Assembly (NCBI GenBank): GCA_009776345.1
Contig: WRLS01000001.1
Location: 1-42,356 of the forward strand
Direction of reading: 5' to 3'
From: Oscillospiraceae bacterium
Lineage (GTDB): Bacteria > Bacillota > Clostridia > Oscillospirales > Ruminococcaceae
DNA: 42,356 nt
Part shown: positions 7,996-17,956 of the stretch, one piece after another
How positions within the stretch are numbered: the first letter of the stretch is position 1
How the letters are laid out: the number at the start of each line of letters is the position of its first letter
Notes under the pieces: generated by a model
What the model saw: only the letters and a program-made list of their open reading frames with translations
Database searches by the model: none
What the model was told of the DNA's origin: nothing
Program-made: the position numbers and the translations under genes

Positions 7996-10853
7996 AAATC
8001 CGTGAACAGATGAAAACGCTCGCGGCGTCCTATACGCCGCAGTGGAGCTTCAGCGAAACGCAGCCCGACACAGGGAGTGTTGTGGCGCTCCTCTATGCCG
8101 ATATGCTCGAGGAAAGCCTTGAGCGGTACGGCAAGGTCCTGCATAAGCACAAAATTCAATATCTCAACCTGTTCGACCGCTTTAAGGATGAGCCTGTGGA
8201 ATCCGCGAAAAGCTTTGTGCGGTTTATGCCTGTCACCGGCGCGCCGGACGCTGTGCATATCCCGCAGGGGACACGGCTGTACGCCGACAGCGAGCAAACC
8301 GGCGGGCAGGTCGTGTTTGAAACCGGGCATGGCGTAACAGTCACCCCCGCGCAGTTGTCGTCCATATATTTAACTGACGGGACCGCGGGCATAATCGACC
8401 GCAAGTTTTCCGCCGAGGACGGGCAAAGCGCCGAGGGGCTGTCCTTCACAGCGTTTTGGGCCGGGGACGAAAATCTGGAAGAACACAGGCTTATTTTAGG
8501 TTTTGAGGATGCTTTCGACCATCTTGACAGGCTGGACCTGGAACTGGAAATTTCGGTTTTCCCCGAAGATAGGCAAGAACAAACATTGGATGCCATGTGC
8601 GGGGAGGATATTAGTTTTGCGGTACTGTGCGAGGGCGGGTTTGAACCGTTTGACTTGGTTGAGCGCATGGCGGGCGGCATACATCTGGTAAAAGAGAATT
8701 TCAAGCAGCAGAAGGCGGATTTGTCCGGAGTGCAGTGTTGTCATATCGAAATTGCCGCCGCCCGCCTGTGCGACATTCAAATTAACGCGGCAAAGCTTAG
8801 ATTTTCCGAAAACGATATCATACCGGACGAGGTGCGCTGTGCAGGTGTGGCGCAAAACCCCGAGCATTTCCGCCCTTTCGGGGTGCCAATGGAGCTTTAT
8901 TCCGCTTGGGAGATCGAATCAAAGCTTGTTTTCGCGCGAAGGGGCGCACAGGCGACTGTATCCTTCCGGTTGGATTTTGAAACTGTGGAACGGCTTTTGC
9001 CTGAATATGAAGTGGCGGAGGATTACAGGGTAATCATGCGCCAGCCGCTTACAATGCCGAAGCCCACTGTTTTAGATGTATACGCGCAGAATGTACTGCC
9101 TGAATATTTGAGCAGGACAGGGTGGAAGCGGCTGATTAAGGAAGAACATGCGGCGCTGATCTTCGGCGGATCGGAGCAGGGGGAGATTACGCTTTCCTTC
9201 CGTATACCGGATGATATGCTCGACTCGGAGTACGCCGCCGGGCAGCCGCGCCTGCGTTTCCGTCTTATACGCGCCGACGGGCTGTACCAAATACCGTGCA
9301 GGCAGCACTGCCCTGTTGTCAGCGGGCTGCGCCTTTCCTACGACTGCGGCGATTTCCCGCGCATACCCGACAGGGCGCTGACAATCAACAATTTTGAACA
9401 CGATGACGTGACCGGGCAGCTGCGTTCGGGGAAAGGCATTTCGCTCTTTTACTCGAGGGAGTGCGAGCTGCCCGCGATGTATTTCGCCTTTGAGGGCAAC
9501 CCATGGGGCAGCCCAATCAGCCTGTACTTGCGGCTGGAGAACAACGCCGACTACCCCGTGGATTTTACGGCTGAATATCTTTCCCCGGAAGGGTACCTGC
9601 CGCTTAAAGTTGCGGACGGCACTACCGGTATGCTCAGTTCCGGCGCCCTGCGCATTGTAGTGCCGCAGGACATCACGCCGAAAACGCTTTTCGGGCATGA
9701 GCTTTACTGGATACGCCTGGTCAGCCATAACAAGGAGCATAAGGAATACCATCTGCCGCTTATCACCGGGATTTACTTAAATATGGCAAAGGTGGAAAAT
9801 GTACGCACTCAGACACAGTATTTCTATCCCGACAGCACAGGTGCGATAACAAGCGCCAAGCTGGACGGCGGGGGGCTGATCTCCGCCAAAGTTTATGTCA
9901 ACGAACAGGACGCGTCGGTTATAGGTGAAAATTGGGTGCTTTGGGAAAAAGCGGCGCGGCGCGGGCAGCAGGGGCGCGTGTATGACATCGACCTTATGAC
10001 AGGGCAGCTGCAGTTCGATAAAGCCGCGTTTTCTGCCTATCCTGTGCGTGAGGACGGTCCCGCGGTCAAGGTTGTATTCCGTGCATACCACGGCTCCGCG
10101 GCAAATGTAGGCGCGGGGAAAATTGCATCCCTGGCTTCTTCCATACGGCATATATCGGAGGTTTCCAACCCCATGCCGGCATATGGCGGGTACGATGGCT
10201 TCAACGAAAAAACATCCGCAGGGATTATTTCCAATATGCTGCGTACACGTGGCAGGGCGGTTACAAGGCAGGACTACTTTGATATAATCTCACAGGTTTC
10301 CTACGGTGTACGGCGAATTAAATGCGTAAGCGGCTTAGGGGAACGGGGGGAAGCGGGGGGCGATACATTGTCCATCGCCATCCTGATCGACGAGTATGAA
10401 AAGGGCAGCCATATCTTCTCCGGCGTAAAAGAGGATATACGCGAAAAGCTTATGGCGTGCAGCGGCCTTGTGCCGGCGGGTAAGACGCTTATACTCACAC
10501 AGCCGCGTTTTGTGAAGATGTCCGTGCGGCTCTGGCTGGAATGTGAGCGTATGGAAAGCGCCTACGACCTGCAAAAACAGTGCGGCGAGAGCATCCGTGA
10601 ATTTATCGACCCTCTGTACGGCGGGTTTGGCGGCAGGGGCTGGGAAATTGGGGTTTTGCCGTCAACAGGGCAGGTAGTCGCCTGCCTGAAAATTAAGCAT
10701 CCCGACATTGTGGTAAGCAAAATAGTAATGACCGCCGTCTACGAGAACCGGGAGTACGCGGTGGACGACCAAATCGGCAAGTATATAACAAGCCCGTTTG
10801 CCATGGCGGTCAACGGGGAACACGTAGTATATTGCCGATTGATGGAGGAGTAA
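7992..10853 (+). CDS. Large baseplate J-like wedge protein (Afp11/12-like)
   Basis: LAASYTPQW...PDTG, F.PFG, YHGSAANVGAG.I, RGRAVTRQDY, FIDPLYGG..GRGWEIG. Confidence 0.85.
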   Translation: MKIREQMKTLAASYTPQWSFSETQPDTGSVVALLYADMLEESLERYGKVLHKHKIQYLNLFDRFKDEPVESAKSFVRFMPVTGAPDAVHIPQGTRLYADSEQTGGQVVFETGHGVTVTPAQLSSIYLTDGTAGIIDRKFSAEDGQSAEGLSFTAFWAGDENLEEHRLILGFEDAFDHLDRLDLELEISVFPEDRQEQTLDAMCGEDISFAVLCEGGFEPFDLVERMAGGIHLVKENFKQQKADLSGVQCCHIEIAAARLCDIQINAAKLRFSENDIIPDEVRCAGVAQNPEHFRPFGVPMELYSAWEIESKLVFARRGAQATVSFRLDFETVERLLPEYEVAEDYRVIMRQPLTMPKPTVLDVYAQNVLPEYLSRTGWKRLIKEEHAALIFGGSEQGEITLSFRIPDDMLDSEYAAGQPRLRFRLIRADGLYQIPCRQHCPVVSGLRLSYDCGDFPRIPDRALTINNFEHDDVTGQLRSGKGISLFYSRECELPAMYFAFEGNPWGSPISLYLRLENNADYPVDFTAEYLSPEGYLPLKVADGTTGMLSSGALRIVVPQDITPKTLFGHELYWIRLVSHNKEHKEYHLPLITGIYLNMAKVENVRTQTQYFYPDSTGAITSAKLDGGGLISAKVYVNEQDASVIGENWVLWEKAARRGQQGRVYDIDLMTGQLQFDKAAFSAYPVREDGPAVKVVFRAYHGSAANVGAGKIASLASSIRHISEVSNPMPAYGGYDGFNEKTSAGIISNMLRTRGRAVTRQDYFDIISQVSYGVRRIKCVSGLGERGEAGGDTLSIAILIDEYEKGSHIFSGVKEDIREKLMACSGLVPAGKTLILTQPRFVKMSVRLWLECERMESAYDLQKQCGESIREFIDPLYGGFGGRGWEIGVLPSTGQVVACLKIKHPDIVVSKIVMTAVYENREYAVDDQIGKYITSPFAMAVNGEHVVYCRLMEE

Positions 10854-10856
10854 ACA

Positions 10857-12971
10857 GTGCTAAACGTACCCATACTGGACGACAGCAGCTACGAAATAAT
10901 GGTGACCCGCGCTCGCGGGCGGATACCTTTGTATACCGACGACTGGACGGATTTCAACGACCATGACCCGGGTATTACGACCCTGCAGACTTTTGCGTGG
11001 CTTGTGGATTCGCTCAATTATTACATCGACGCAACAGGAGAGGACCATCGGCTGGGGTATCTGCGGCTTCTGGGGATTGTCCCCGAGCGGGAGGCGGCGC
11101 GCTGTTTGGTCGCGCTTGAGGGCGAGGGGAAAGAGATCCATGCCCTGCGCGGTGCCGTGATGCCTGCGGGCGATGTCCCATTTGAGCTGGAAGAAAGCTA
11201 CGCGGGGGCATCCAACACGGTTACTGCGCTTATACAGGAAATCGGTGGCAGTTTTACCGATTTGACCGCGTTTGCGGGAAGGGACGGCGGGTACGCCACC
11301 CTGTTTACGCATGAAAGGTACAGTGGCTGTGCGCTCTATATCGGGTTTGAAAACAGCCTTGGTGGGGAGCTGCGCTTTTACGCGGATATAAAACCGCATC
11401 CGGGGAGAAGCCCGTTTGAAGACGATTTCTCCCTGGTGGGGTTTGCGTGGGAGTATTACGACGGCAGCGGTTGGCAGGAGGCAGTGATAGAAAGTGACGG
11501 CACCGGCGGTTTTCTTAAAAGCGGTTTTATCAGCCTTAAAATAGCGGGAAAGAGCAAGGCGGTGACAAAAAACCCGTCATTGCCCAAAGCCCATTATATC
11601 CGTGTAAGGGTCGTGCGGGGCGGATACGACGCGCTTCCGCGCCTGGGGAAAATATACGCGAACTGCGCTGTGGCTGTCCAGACCGAAACACTGTCCCAAG
11701 CGTTGGAATTGGACTTTAACGGCAGCCCGGTTGTTGAAATCGATTACCATGTGCGCGAAAACGATTTAATCAGCGTTGCGGTAAGCAATGGGGACGGGTA
11801 CAGCCTGTGGTTTGAGCATACGGCGGATGAAGATTCGCTTTGCGCGGTTGAGGTTGGCGGCTATCCGGGGCAGCGGGTTATCCGCTTTGATAAAAAACGC
11901 TTCGGCGCATACCCCGAGCAGGGACAGAAGCTTCTGGTTATAATTGCCGGGGAGCGGATGTATGACGCGCTGCAGATCGGCGCAACTTCGGGTTTTTCAA
12001 GGGAGCGCATAGAAACAGATTTAGAAAATGTGCATGAGCTGCGGCTGGCTTTGGTAAATAATAGGGACGGGCGCCCGTGGATGCGCCTGTGGGATGAGTA
12101 CGATGACCTCGCCGGGGCGGGCTTCGATGTGCGCGCGTTTCGGTTTGACCGCGGTACAGGCGAGATAACCTTCGGCGACAGTATAGCGGGGATACAGCCC
12201 GTTGCGGGTCAGCGCGTAGTGGCGGTGACTGCAAAAACCTCTCTGCTTGGCGGTGGGAATGTCCGCGCAGGGCAGATAAACGGCTTTGAGGGCGATATGC
12301 CCGATGGGCTTACTTCGATTAACATAAACGACGCGGCAGGCGGCAAAAGCCCTAAAACATCATCGGAGCTTGAACAGGAAATCAAGGGCCATATTTATAA
12401 AACTACACGCGCCGTAACTTCACAGGATTATATCGAAATTGTAAAATCCACGCCCGGCCTGATTATAGACGGCGCAAATGTAATCAGCAGCCGTGAATAC
12501 GCACGCTTCTACGGCGGGGCCTATCATCCGGGCACTGTATTGCTGGCGGTCAAACCCTTCGGGGAGAGGGCACCGCGGCCCGCGCTCAGCGAAGAATACC
12601 GCGCAAGGGTCCGCGCGAATTTGGAGCGGTACAGGCTGCTCACTGTAAACATACAGATCCTGTCAGCGAAATATGTACGCGTGGATGTGGACGGCAGGAT
12701 AGCCCTCACCGAAAACACGCCCGCCGCGAGGCGAATGGTTGAAGAAAAGCTTAGAGAGCTGACAAACCTCGCGGACGATTGCAAATTCGGAGCGGGCATT
12801 GTTTACGGCAGGGTGTTCTCGCATTTAGAGATGCTGGAATGTGTATCAAAGGTCACACAGCTTTCATTTTCCTGCACCGGGGAGGGCGCGCGCAAAAGTG
12901 AATATGGGGATATTATAGTATTCCCCGACGCGCTTGCATGGCTGGGCGGGATCAACATCGAATTTGTCTGA
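10857..12971 (+). CDS. Baseplate J-like assembly protein (Afp11-like)
   Basis: ILDDSSY...IP.YTDDWTDFNDHDPGITTL..FAWL, ITFGD..G.QP, GGNVRAG.I, RAVTSQDY, RYRLLT. Confidence 0.9.
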   Translation: MLNVPILDDSSYEIMVTRARGRIPLYTDDWTDFNDHDPGITTLQTFAWLVDSLNYYIDATGEDHRLGYLRLLGIVPEREAARCLVALEGEGKEIHALRGAVMPAGDVPFELEESYAGASNTVTALIQEIGGSFTDLTAFAGRDGGYATLFTHERYSGCALYIGFENSLGGELRFYADIKPHPGRSPFEDDFSLVGFAWEYYDGSGWQEAVIESDGTGGFLKSGFISLKIAGKSKAVTKNPSLPKAHYIRVRVVRGGYDALPRLGKIYANCAVAVQTETLSQALELDFNGSPVVEIDYHVRENDLISVAVSNGDGYSLWFEHTADEDSLCAVEVGGYPGQRVIRFDKKRFGAYPEQGQKLLVIIAGERMYDALQIGATSGFSRERIETDLENVHELRLALVNNRDGRPWMRLWDEYDDLAGAGFDVRAFRFDRGTGEITFGDSIAGIQPVAGQRVVAVTAKTSLLGGGNVRAGQINGFEGDMPDGLTSININDAAGGKSPKTSSELEQEIKGHIYKTTRAVTSQDYIEIVKSTPGLIIDGANVISSREYARFYGGAYHPGTVLLAVKPFGERAPRPALSEEYRARVRANLERYRLLTVNIQILSAKYVRVDVDGRIALTENTPAARRMVEEKLRELTNLADDCKFGAGIVYGRVFSHLEMLECVSKVTQLSFSCTGEGARKSEYGDIIVFPDALAWLGGINIEFV

Positions 12972-12985
12972 AAGGGGGAGGGGAT

Positions 12986-14092
12986 GTGAAGCGTATGCCC
13001 GGTTACGTAAATTATTACAAGCTTTCCCTGCTCAGGGGATGCTATAGCGGCATGGAGCCGACCCATGCGCACAGCCTGGAGGTTATAGGGAATTGGGGCG
13101 GCTACATCACGCCAATGCTTGACTCCGGGGAGGAGGGCTGCACCTTCAACCGCCTTGTTGTCGATGGCAGCTTCGGGGAAGCCAAGCTGGAGGTCATTGC
13201 GGCGGCGACTGATGAAACCGAGGTATTCATCGATGATGCCCCGCAAAATCTGGAGCTGTACCTTAAAAACCCGGATGTCCCTGTACAGGATAAAACAGAG
13301 CTTTTGTGCGCGCTGCCCCATGTGCGGGCAGTCGATACACAGGACCTGCTGCTGCACAGCTTACGAGGGCGGTACTTGTGGGTCTGCGCCGCAGCTTACC
13401 GGACCGGGGAAGCATCCCCGGAGCTTGTCGGGCTGCGAGTGGAGCTGCCGAAATATTCCTTTACCGAATACTTCCCCGAAATCTACACGGGCGATGAATT
13501 TTTCGAGAGGTACATCGCGGTATTCCAGTCATTGTTCATGGAGGCAGAAGCCCGTGTGGATGAGATTCCCCGCCTTCTGGATTACCGCACCACCCCGCCG
13601 GACAATGTGGAGTATTTGGCAAGCTGGCTGGGGATAGACAACAGCCGCGGCCTGTTTTCGCCGGATCAGATGCGCCATATGATTAAGAATATTGATATCT
13701 ACCAGGGCGCAAAGGGCACAAAATACGCGCTCGAGCAAATTATTTTACTGCTTACAGGCATTAGCCCGAAAATTGTCGAACAGTTTGAGTGGGAATTGCC
13801 GAAGCTTTCACCGGCACAGCTTGAAGCAAATGGGAGGCTCTACGGTGAAAGCGCCGGCCACTTCTGCGTGATACTTGATCTGACCAAAATGGCTTTGAAT
13901 GTCAGCGAGGACGACCTGGAACAAGTCATCGAGGGCTACTGCGCGCTTGGGTCGCAGTTTAAAGTTGTCTATCTTAAACTGTGCAATCACATTGACACCC
14001 ACTGTTACTTGGATATAAACAGCGCTCTGTCCGTCCCCGAAACTGTCGGCTTAGACAGCGGCACGATCGGCGAGCATATAACAGTAGGATAG
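12986..14092 (+). CDS. Phage tail protein I-like baseplate protein
   Basis: YFPEIY...FFERYIAVFQ...IPRLLD..TTP...EYLASWLG...YQGAKGT..AL; start GTG 12986 or ATG 12995 after GGAGGGG. Confidence 0.8.
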   Translation: MKRMPGYVNYYKLSLLRGCYSGMEPTHAHSLEVIGNWGGYITPMLDSGEEGCTFNRLVVDGSFGEAKLEVIAAATDETEVFIDDAPQNLELYLKNPDVPVQDKTELLCALPHVRAVDTQDLLLHSLRGRYLWVCAAAYRTGEASPELVGLRVELPKYSFTEYFPEIYTGDEFFERYIAVFQSLFMEAEARVDEIPRLLDYRTTPPDNVEYLASWLGIDNSRGLFSPDQMRHMIKNIDIYQGAKGTKYALEQIILLLTGISPKIVEQFEWELPKLSPAQLEANGRLYGESAGHFCVILDLTKMALNVSEDDLEQVIEGYCALGSQFKVVYLKLCNHIDTHCYLDINSALSVPETVGLDSGTIGEHITVG

Positions 14093-14131
14093 ATTTTTGT
14101 AAAAATAAAACTGTATAGAGAGGTGCCAGCT

Positions 14132-15766
14132 ATGTATGAATTGCAACGGAATCAAGCGGCAGAAGCCGTAAATTCTGCGCCGCCCGCTGCCGTGACCCGG
14201 ACAAAAAAGCCCGGCGGCAGCCCCTATTCCGGCAGGCCACTGCAGATTTCCGACAGCCTTGCGCAAAAAATCAGGGACAGTTTCGGCATTGACGCGGGAG
14301 AGCTTTCCCTGCGTGAATCCCCGGAGGTCGCGCAGATGGGGACAAGGGCAACCGCACAGGGCAATGCCATCCGCTTCGCGCCGGGGCAGTTCAGGCCCGA
14401 TACCCGCGGCGGCATGGAAATGCTCGGGCATGAGCTTTCTCACGTGCGCGAGCAGGCAACAAGCAGTATTAAAGCAAATATGCCCGGTAATATTCACCTG
14501 GACAGCGCCCATGAAAGCGCAAGCGACAGGGCAGGGCAAAGCTTTGCAAGCGGTACGATGAGCGCGGCCTCACCGGTGAGCGTCAGCGGCATGAGCGCGC
14601 ACTCCGCGCCGGTGCAGGGGTTTGACTTAAAGAAGATGTATAACAAGGCTAAATACTCCTTTGCGCGCTCAAAGGGCGTACAGGCGTTACTGGGCGGCAT
14701 GGCGGACAGGCAGAATACAGGCGAGTTCAATGACATATACAACCTGAAGGTCAAACAGCAAAAAGGCGAGGATATGGGCGAGCATGATTACGGCGACATG
14801 ACATACAAGAACAAGTCCGATCAAATCGCGCCCGGCTATTATGATAAGCTGACCAGCCTGGAAATGCTTCAAAACAGGCAAAGGCTTGATAAAGAGATGA
14901 ACGCCAAAAAGGTATTCACGGGCGAAAAAGATGATAAAGGCAATAAGCTGATGAAAACCAACGAAAGATACGACGATGTAAGCGAGGACGTAAAAAAGCA
15001 AATGATAGAACCCGCGCTGCTTCAAGCCAAAAGCCTCGCGGGCTGGATGAATGAGGTTGACGGGCTGGGGATGGAATCAGGCACGGAGGGCATCAATACC
15101 AAAGGAACCATAACCGAAATAAACGGGCAAAACATAGGCAGCGGGCAGGCCGCACATTCCTACGACCTTATGAGTTCGCGGCTTGGCAAAAAGGGCGGCT
15201 TCTGGGATCTGGTAAGGCAGAAGCAGGCCGACAAAAAGTTTATGCAGTACGATAATCAAGCCAACTTAAAAAACAAAACTACACTGGAAAGCATTACAAA
15301 GCAAAAATCATCGGGTGAGAATGTCAGCGGGAATATGATCGGCTCGTTTAATGAGCTGCTTAAATCCGGCGGCAATACCACTCTCAAGAAAATGTTCAAA
15401 GGCGGGCTGGGAGGAAAGGCCGCGAAGGGCTTCGACACTCAGCTATTAAGAGGCGGAAGCGAGAAGGACAGGAACGAAAGCATGATACGCGGGCTTATTA
15501 ACAAACAGCCGAAGAGCTGGGGGATGGGCAGTTCAAAAAAAAGCGGCGGCAAGCTTGTAATGGATGAGCCAACGCCTGTATACGACGGCTCGACCACCAC
15601 CGCGGATTGGTTGGATATATTACAGGATAAACCCAAGCCAACCCCTGAACCGTCTTCTGTCCCGACACAGCGCAAAAGGGGCGGCGGCATCCTCCCGAAC
15701 ACAGGCGTTCTAGGCCCGCAGATGAGGTATATGCAGCGGAAAAAGGACGGCTCGGTGGGGTATTAA
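14132..15766 (+). CDS. eCIS core-domain (DUF4157) protein with unknown C-terminal region; candidate effector
   Basis: GRPL....KI..SFG.D, ATAQGNAIRFAPGQF.P....G..MLGHELSHV.EQ, HE.A.D, then PVQ; ATG 6 nt after GAGAGGTG. Confidence 0.85.
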   Translation: MYELQRNQAAEAVNSAPPAAVTRTKKPGGSPYSGRPLQISDSLAQKIRDSFGIDAGELSLRESPEVAQMGTRATAQGNAIRFAPGQFRPDTRGGMEMLGHELSHVREQATSSIKANMPGNIHLDSAHESASDRAGQSFASGTMSAASPVSVSGMSAHSAPVQGFDLKKMYNKAKYSFARSKGVQALLGGMADRQNTGEFNDIYNLKVKQQKGEDMGEHDYGDMTYKNKSDQIAPGYYDKLTSLEMLQNRQRLDKEMNAKKVFTGEKDDKGNKLMKTNERYDDVSEDVKKQMIEPALLQAKSLAGWMNEVDGLGMESGTEGINTKGTITEINGQNIGSGQAAHSYDLMSSRLGKKGGFWDLVRQKQADKKFMQYDNQANLKNKTTLESITKQKSSGENVSGNMIGSFNELLKSGGNTTLKKMFKGGLGGKAAKGFDTQLLRGGSEKDRNESMIRGLINKQPKSWGMGSSKKSGGKLVMDEPTPVYDGSTTTADWLDILQDKPKPTPEPSSVPTQRKRGGGILPNTGVLGPQMRYMQRKKDGSVGY

Positions 15767-15793
15767 GAAAGATTTAAATAAGGGGAACTTATT

Positions 15794-17956
15794 GTGGGCG
15801 ATTTATTCTGCGATGCTGTAAACAGCCGGTTTGACCTTTCCTGCCGCACAACAGCCTTTGAAAGCGGCGCGGAGTATCTGCGGGATTGGATGTCCTTTGT
15901 TTCCCTCTGCCTTGTATGCGCCGCTGTAAGCAAGCTGGCGATTGCGCAGGCGGCCGAAAACGGGGACGGTTCACCAAGCCTGCCCGGCACATCAATGGAG
16001 CTGGAGGAGGCTGTCTACCACCTAAACGCTTACCCCGGCGTTTTTATGCCGCCGAACGATGCGGAGGAAATCCTATTTGCGGCACGGAAATATATCGAAG
16101 ACAGGGAATCTGCCGCGTATGTACCGGACCGTGAAATCTCGCGGCTTGTACGGATTGGGGAAATGCTCTCCCATTTCGGTAAATTCGCGTTCTTCTGCGC
16201 GGCGGCCTGTGCCGCCGACCGCGGGTTTGAGCGGGCGTTCATCGCTCTGCATGGCGGTGAAGACAGCCCTTTTCCGTCGCTGGGCAGTGTGAGGGATTTA
16301 TTTTCACTCGCTTTCCCGGATAAGGAGCCTGATTGGCTGACTGATCAGTCATCACTCGAAAACCGTTTGATCTTCACGCCCGCCCCGCAGGATAAGCCCG
16401 GCCTTATGCGCCCGCTGTCTTTGCGCCCGGGCGCGCAAAGCTATGCCTTGGGCGGGCAATATATCAGCCGCGGGATTACGCTGTACTGCGATGTAATTGA
16501 CGGCTCGGGGGAAAAAGAAAACGCCTTGTTTGCGGACAGGCAGCTTGGCGCGGCGAAAGCGGCGCTGCATAAATTGCGTTTGCGTACACAGCCCCGCCTT
16601 TGTATTTTAAGCGGCGAACGGGGCAGCGGAAAAAAACTGACCTTACAACTTCTGGCATATGAGGAAAGCGTCAGGTTTATTTTGCTCAATCTGGACGCGC
16701 TCCCCGAAAGTGCCGTCTTAGAGGACCTTGCCGACGAGCTGCTTTCTCTGGCGCTTCTGGATGGCTTTTGCCTTGCTGTCCAAACGCAGTCGCGTGAACC
16801 GGACGCAAGGGCGGAGCGGTTGCTTACCCTTATAAAGCCATATAAGCTAGGCGTATTTTTGCTTATGGGCGCGGTGCGCGCAAATATCGCGCCGGAGGGG
16901 TACTTGATTACCCGGGTGAAATATCCCGAGCTGGATTTAGAGCAGTCCATAAGCTTCTGGAAAGAATTTTCGGCGGGGGACGGGCTGGGGGGGCTTGACT
17001 GCACACAGCTCGCGTCGAAATACCGCCTTACGCCGGGAAAGATAAAATCCGTGCTGCAAACCGCGGCGGATATGGCGGAAAACCAAAATATGCCGATAAG
17101 CGAAAAGCTTATCAGCGAAGCCGTACTGCACAGCAATACCGGGAGGCTAAGTGAAATCGCGGATAGGATCGAGGCGTTTTATACTTGGGGCGACCTTATC
17201 CTGGGCGAAGCGTCAAAACAACAGCTCAGGGATGTCTGCGACCGGATTACGTACCGCCACCTGGTGGAATCAGAGTGGGGGTTTGCCCGCAAATCCACTT
17301 ATGGGAACGGCATTTCCATTTTGCTTTACGGGCCGCCGGGTACGGGGAAGACGATGAGCGCGCAGGTAATCGCGGGGGAGCTTGGCCTGCCCCTGTACAG
17401 AATTAACCTGGCGCAGATAATCAGCAAGTATATCGGGGAAACCGCAAAAAACCTCGATACCGTATTCAGCGAGGCGAAGAGCAGCAATGTCATCTTGTTT
17501 TTTGACGAGGCGGATGCGCTGTTCGCCAAGCGCACCGATGTGAAAAACTCAAACGACCGCCACGCGAACTCCGAAAGCTCCTATTTGCTGCAAAAAATAG
17601 AGGAATACTCCGGCGTGAGCATTTTAGCGACAAACCTGGCGAATAATTTTGACGAGGCCTTCCGCCGCCGCATCCACTATATGATCCATATAAATATGCC
17701 CGGCCCCGCCCGTCGGTTAGAGTTGTGGAACAGTTTCATCCCGCCGGAAGCGCCCCTTGCGCCGGAGGTTGACCTGCGGGTTTTCGCGGAAAACCTGGAG
17801 ATTTCGGGCAGTGTCATCAAATCCGCGGTACTGCAGGCGGCCTACTTTGCCGCGTCTGAAAATAAGGAAATCGGCATGGCGCACTTCGCAAAAGCCATAC
17901 GGCGGGAGCTGCAGAAGCTGGGAAAAAGCGAACCTCATATTTTAAGCAGTATATAA
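15794..17956 (+). CDS. AAA+ ATPase (Afp15-like)
   Basis: Walker A GPPGTGKT, ISKYIGETAKNL, Walker B LFFDEADALF, DRHAN, ATNL..NFDEAF.RR; degenerate first domain GERGSGK. Confidence 0.93.
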   Translation: MGDLFCDAVNSRFDLSCRTTAFESGAEYLRDWMSFVSLCLVCAAVSKLAIAQAAENGDGSPSLPGTSMELEEAVYHLNAYPGVFMPPNDAEEILFAARKYIEDRESAAYVPDREISRLVRIGEMLSHFGKFAFFCAAACAADRGFERAFIALHGGEDSPFPSLGSVRDLFSLAFPDKEPDWLTDQSSLENRLIFTPAPQDKPGLMRPLSLRPGAQSYALGGQYISRGITLYCDVIDGSGEKENALFADRQLGAAKAALHKLRLRTQPRLCILSGERGSGKKLTLQLLAYEESVRFILLNLDALPESAVLEDLADELLSLALLDGFCLAVQTQSREPDARAERLLTLIKPYKLGVFLLMGAVRANIAPEGYLITRVKYPELDLEQSISFWKEFSAGDGLGGLDCTQLASKYRLTPGKIKSVLQTAADMAENQNMPISEKLISEAVLHSNTGRLSEIADRIEAFYTWGDLILGEASKQQLRDVCDRITYRHLVESEWGFARKSTYGNGISILLYGPPGTGKTMSAQVIAGELGLPLYRINLAQIISKYIGETAKNLDTVFSEAKSSNVILFFDEADALFAKRTDVKNSNDRHANSESSYLLQKIEEYSGVSILATNLANNFDEAFRRRIHYMIHINMPGPARRLELWNSFIPPEAPLAPEVDLRVFAENLEISGSVIKSAVLQAAYFAASENKEIGMAHFAKAIRRELQKLGKSEPHILSSI

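Noticed and set aside
1-17956. Prophage or T6SS interpretation of the tail genes
   Set aside because: No capsid, portal, terminase or integrase and no TssJLM/ClpV-type genes in the window; DUF4157 and the Afp15-type ATPase fit an eCIS
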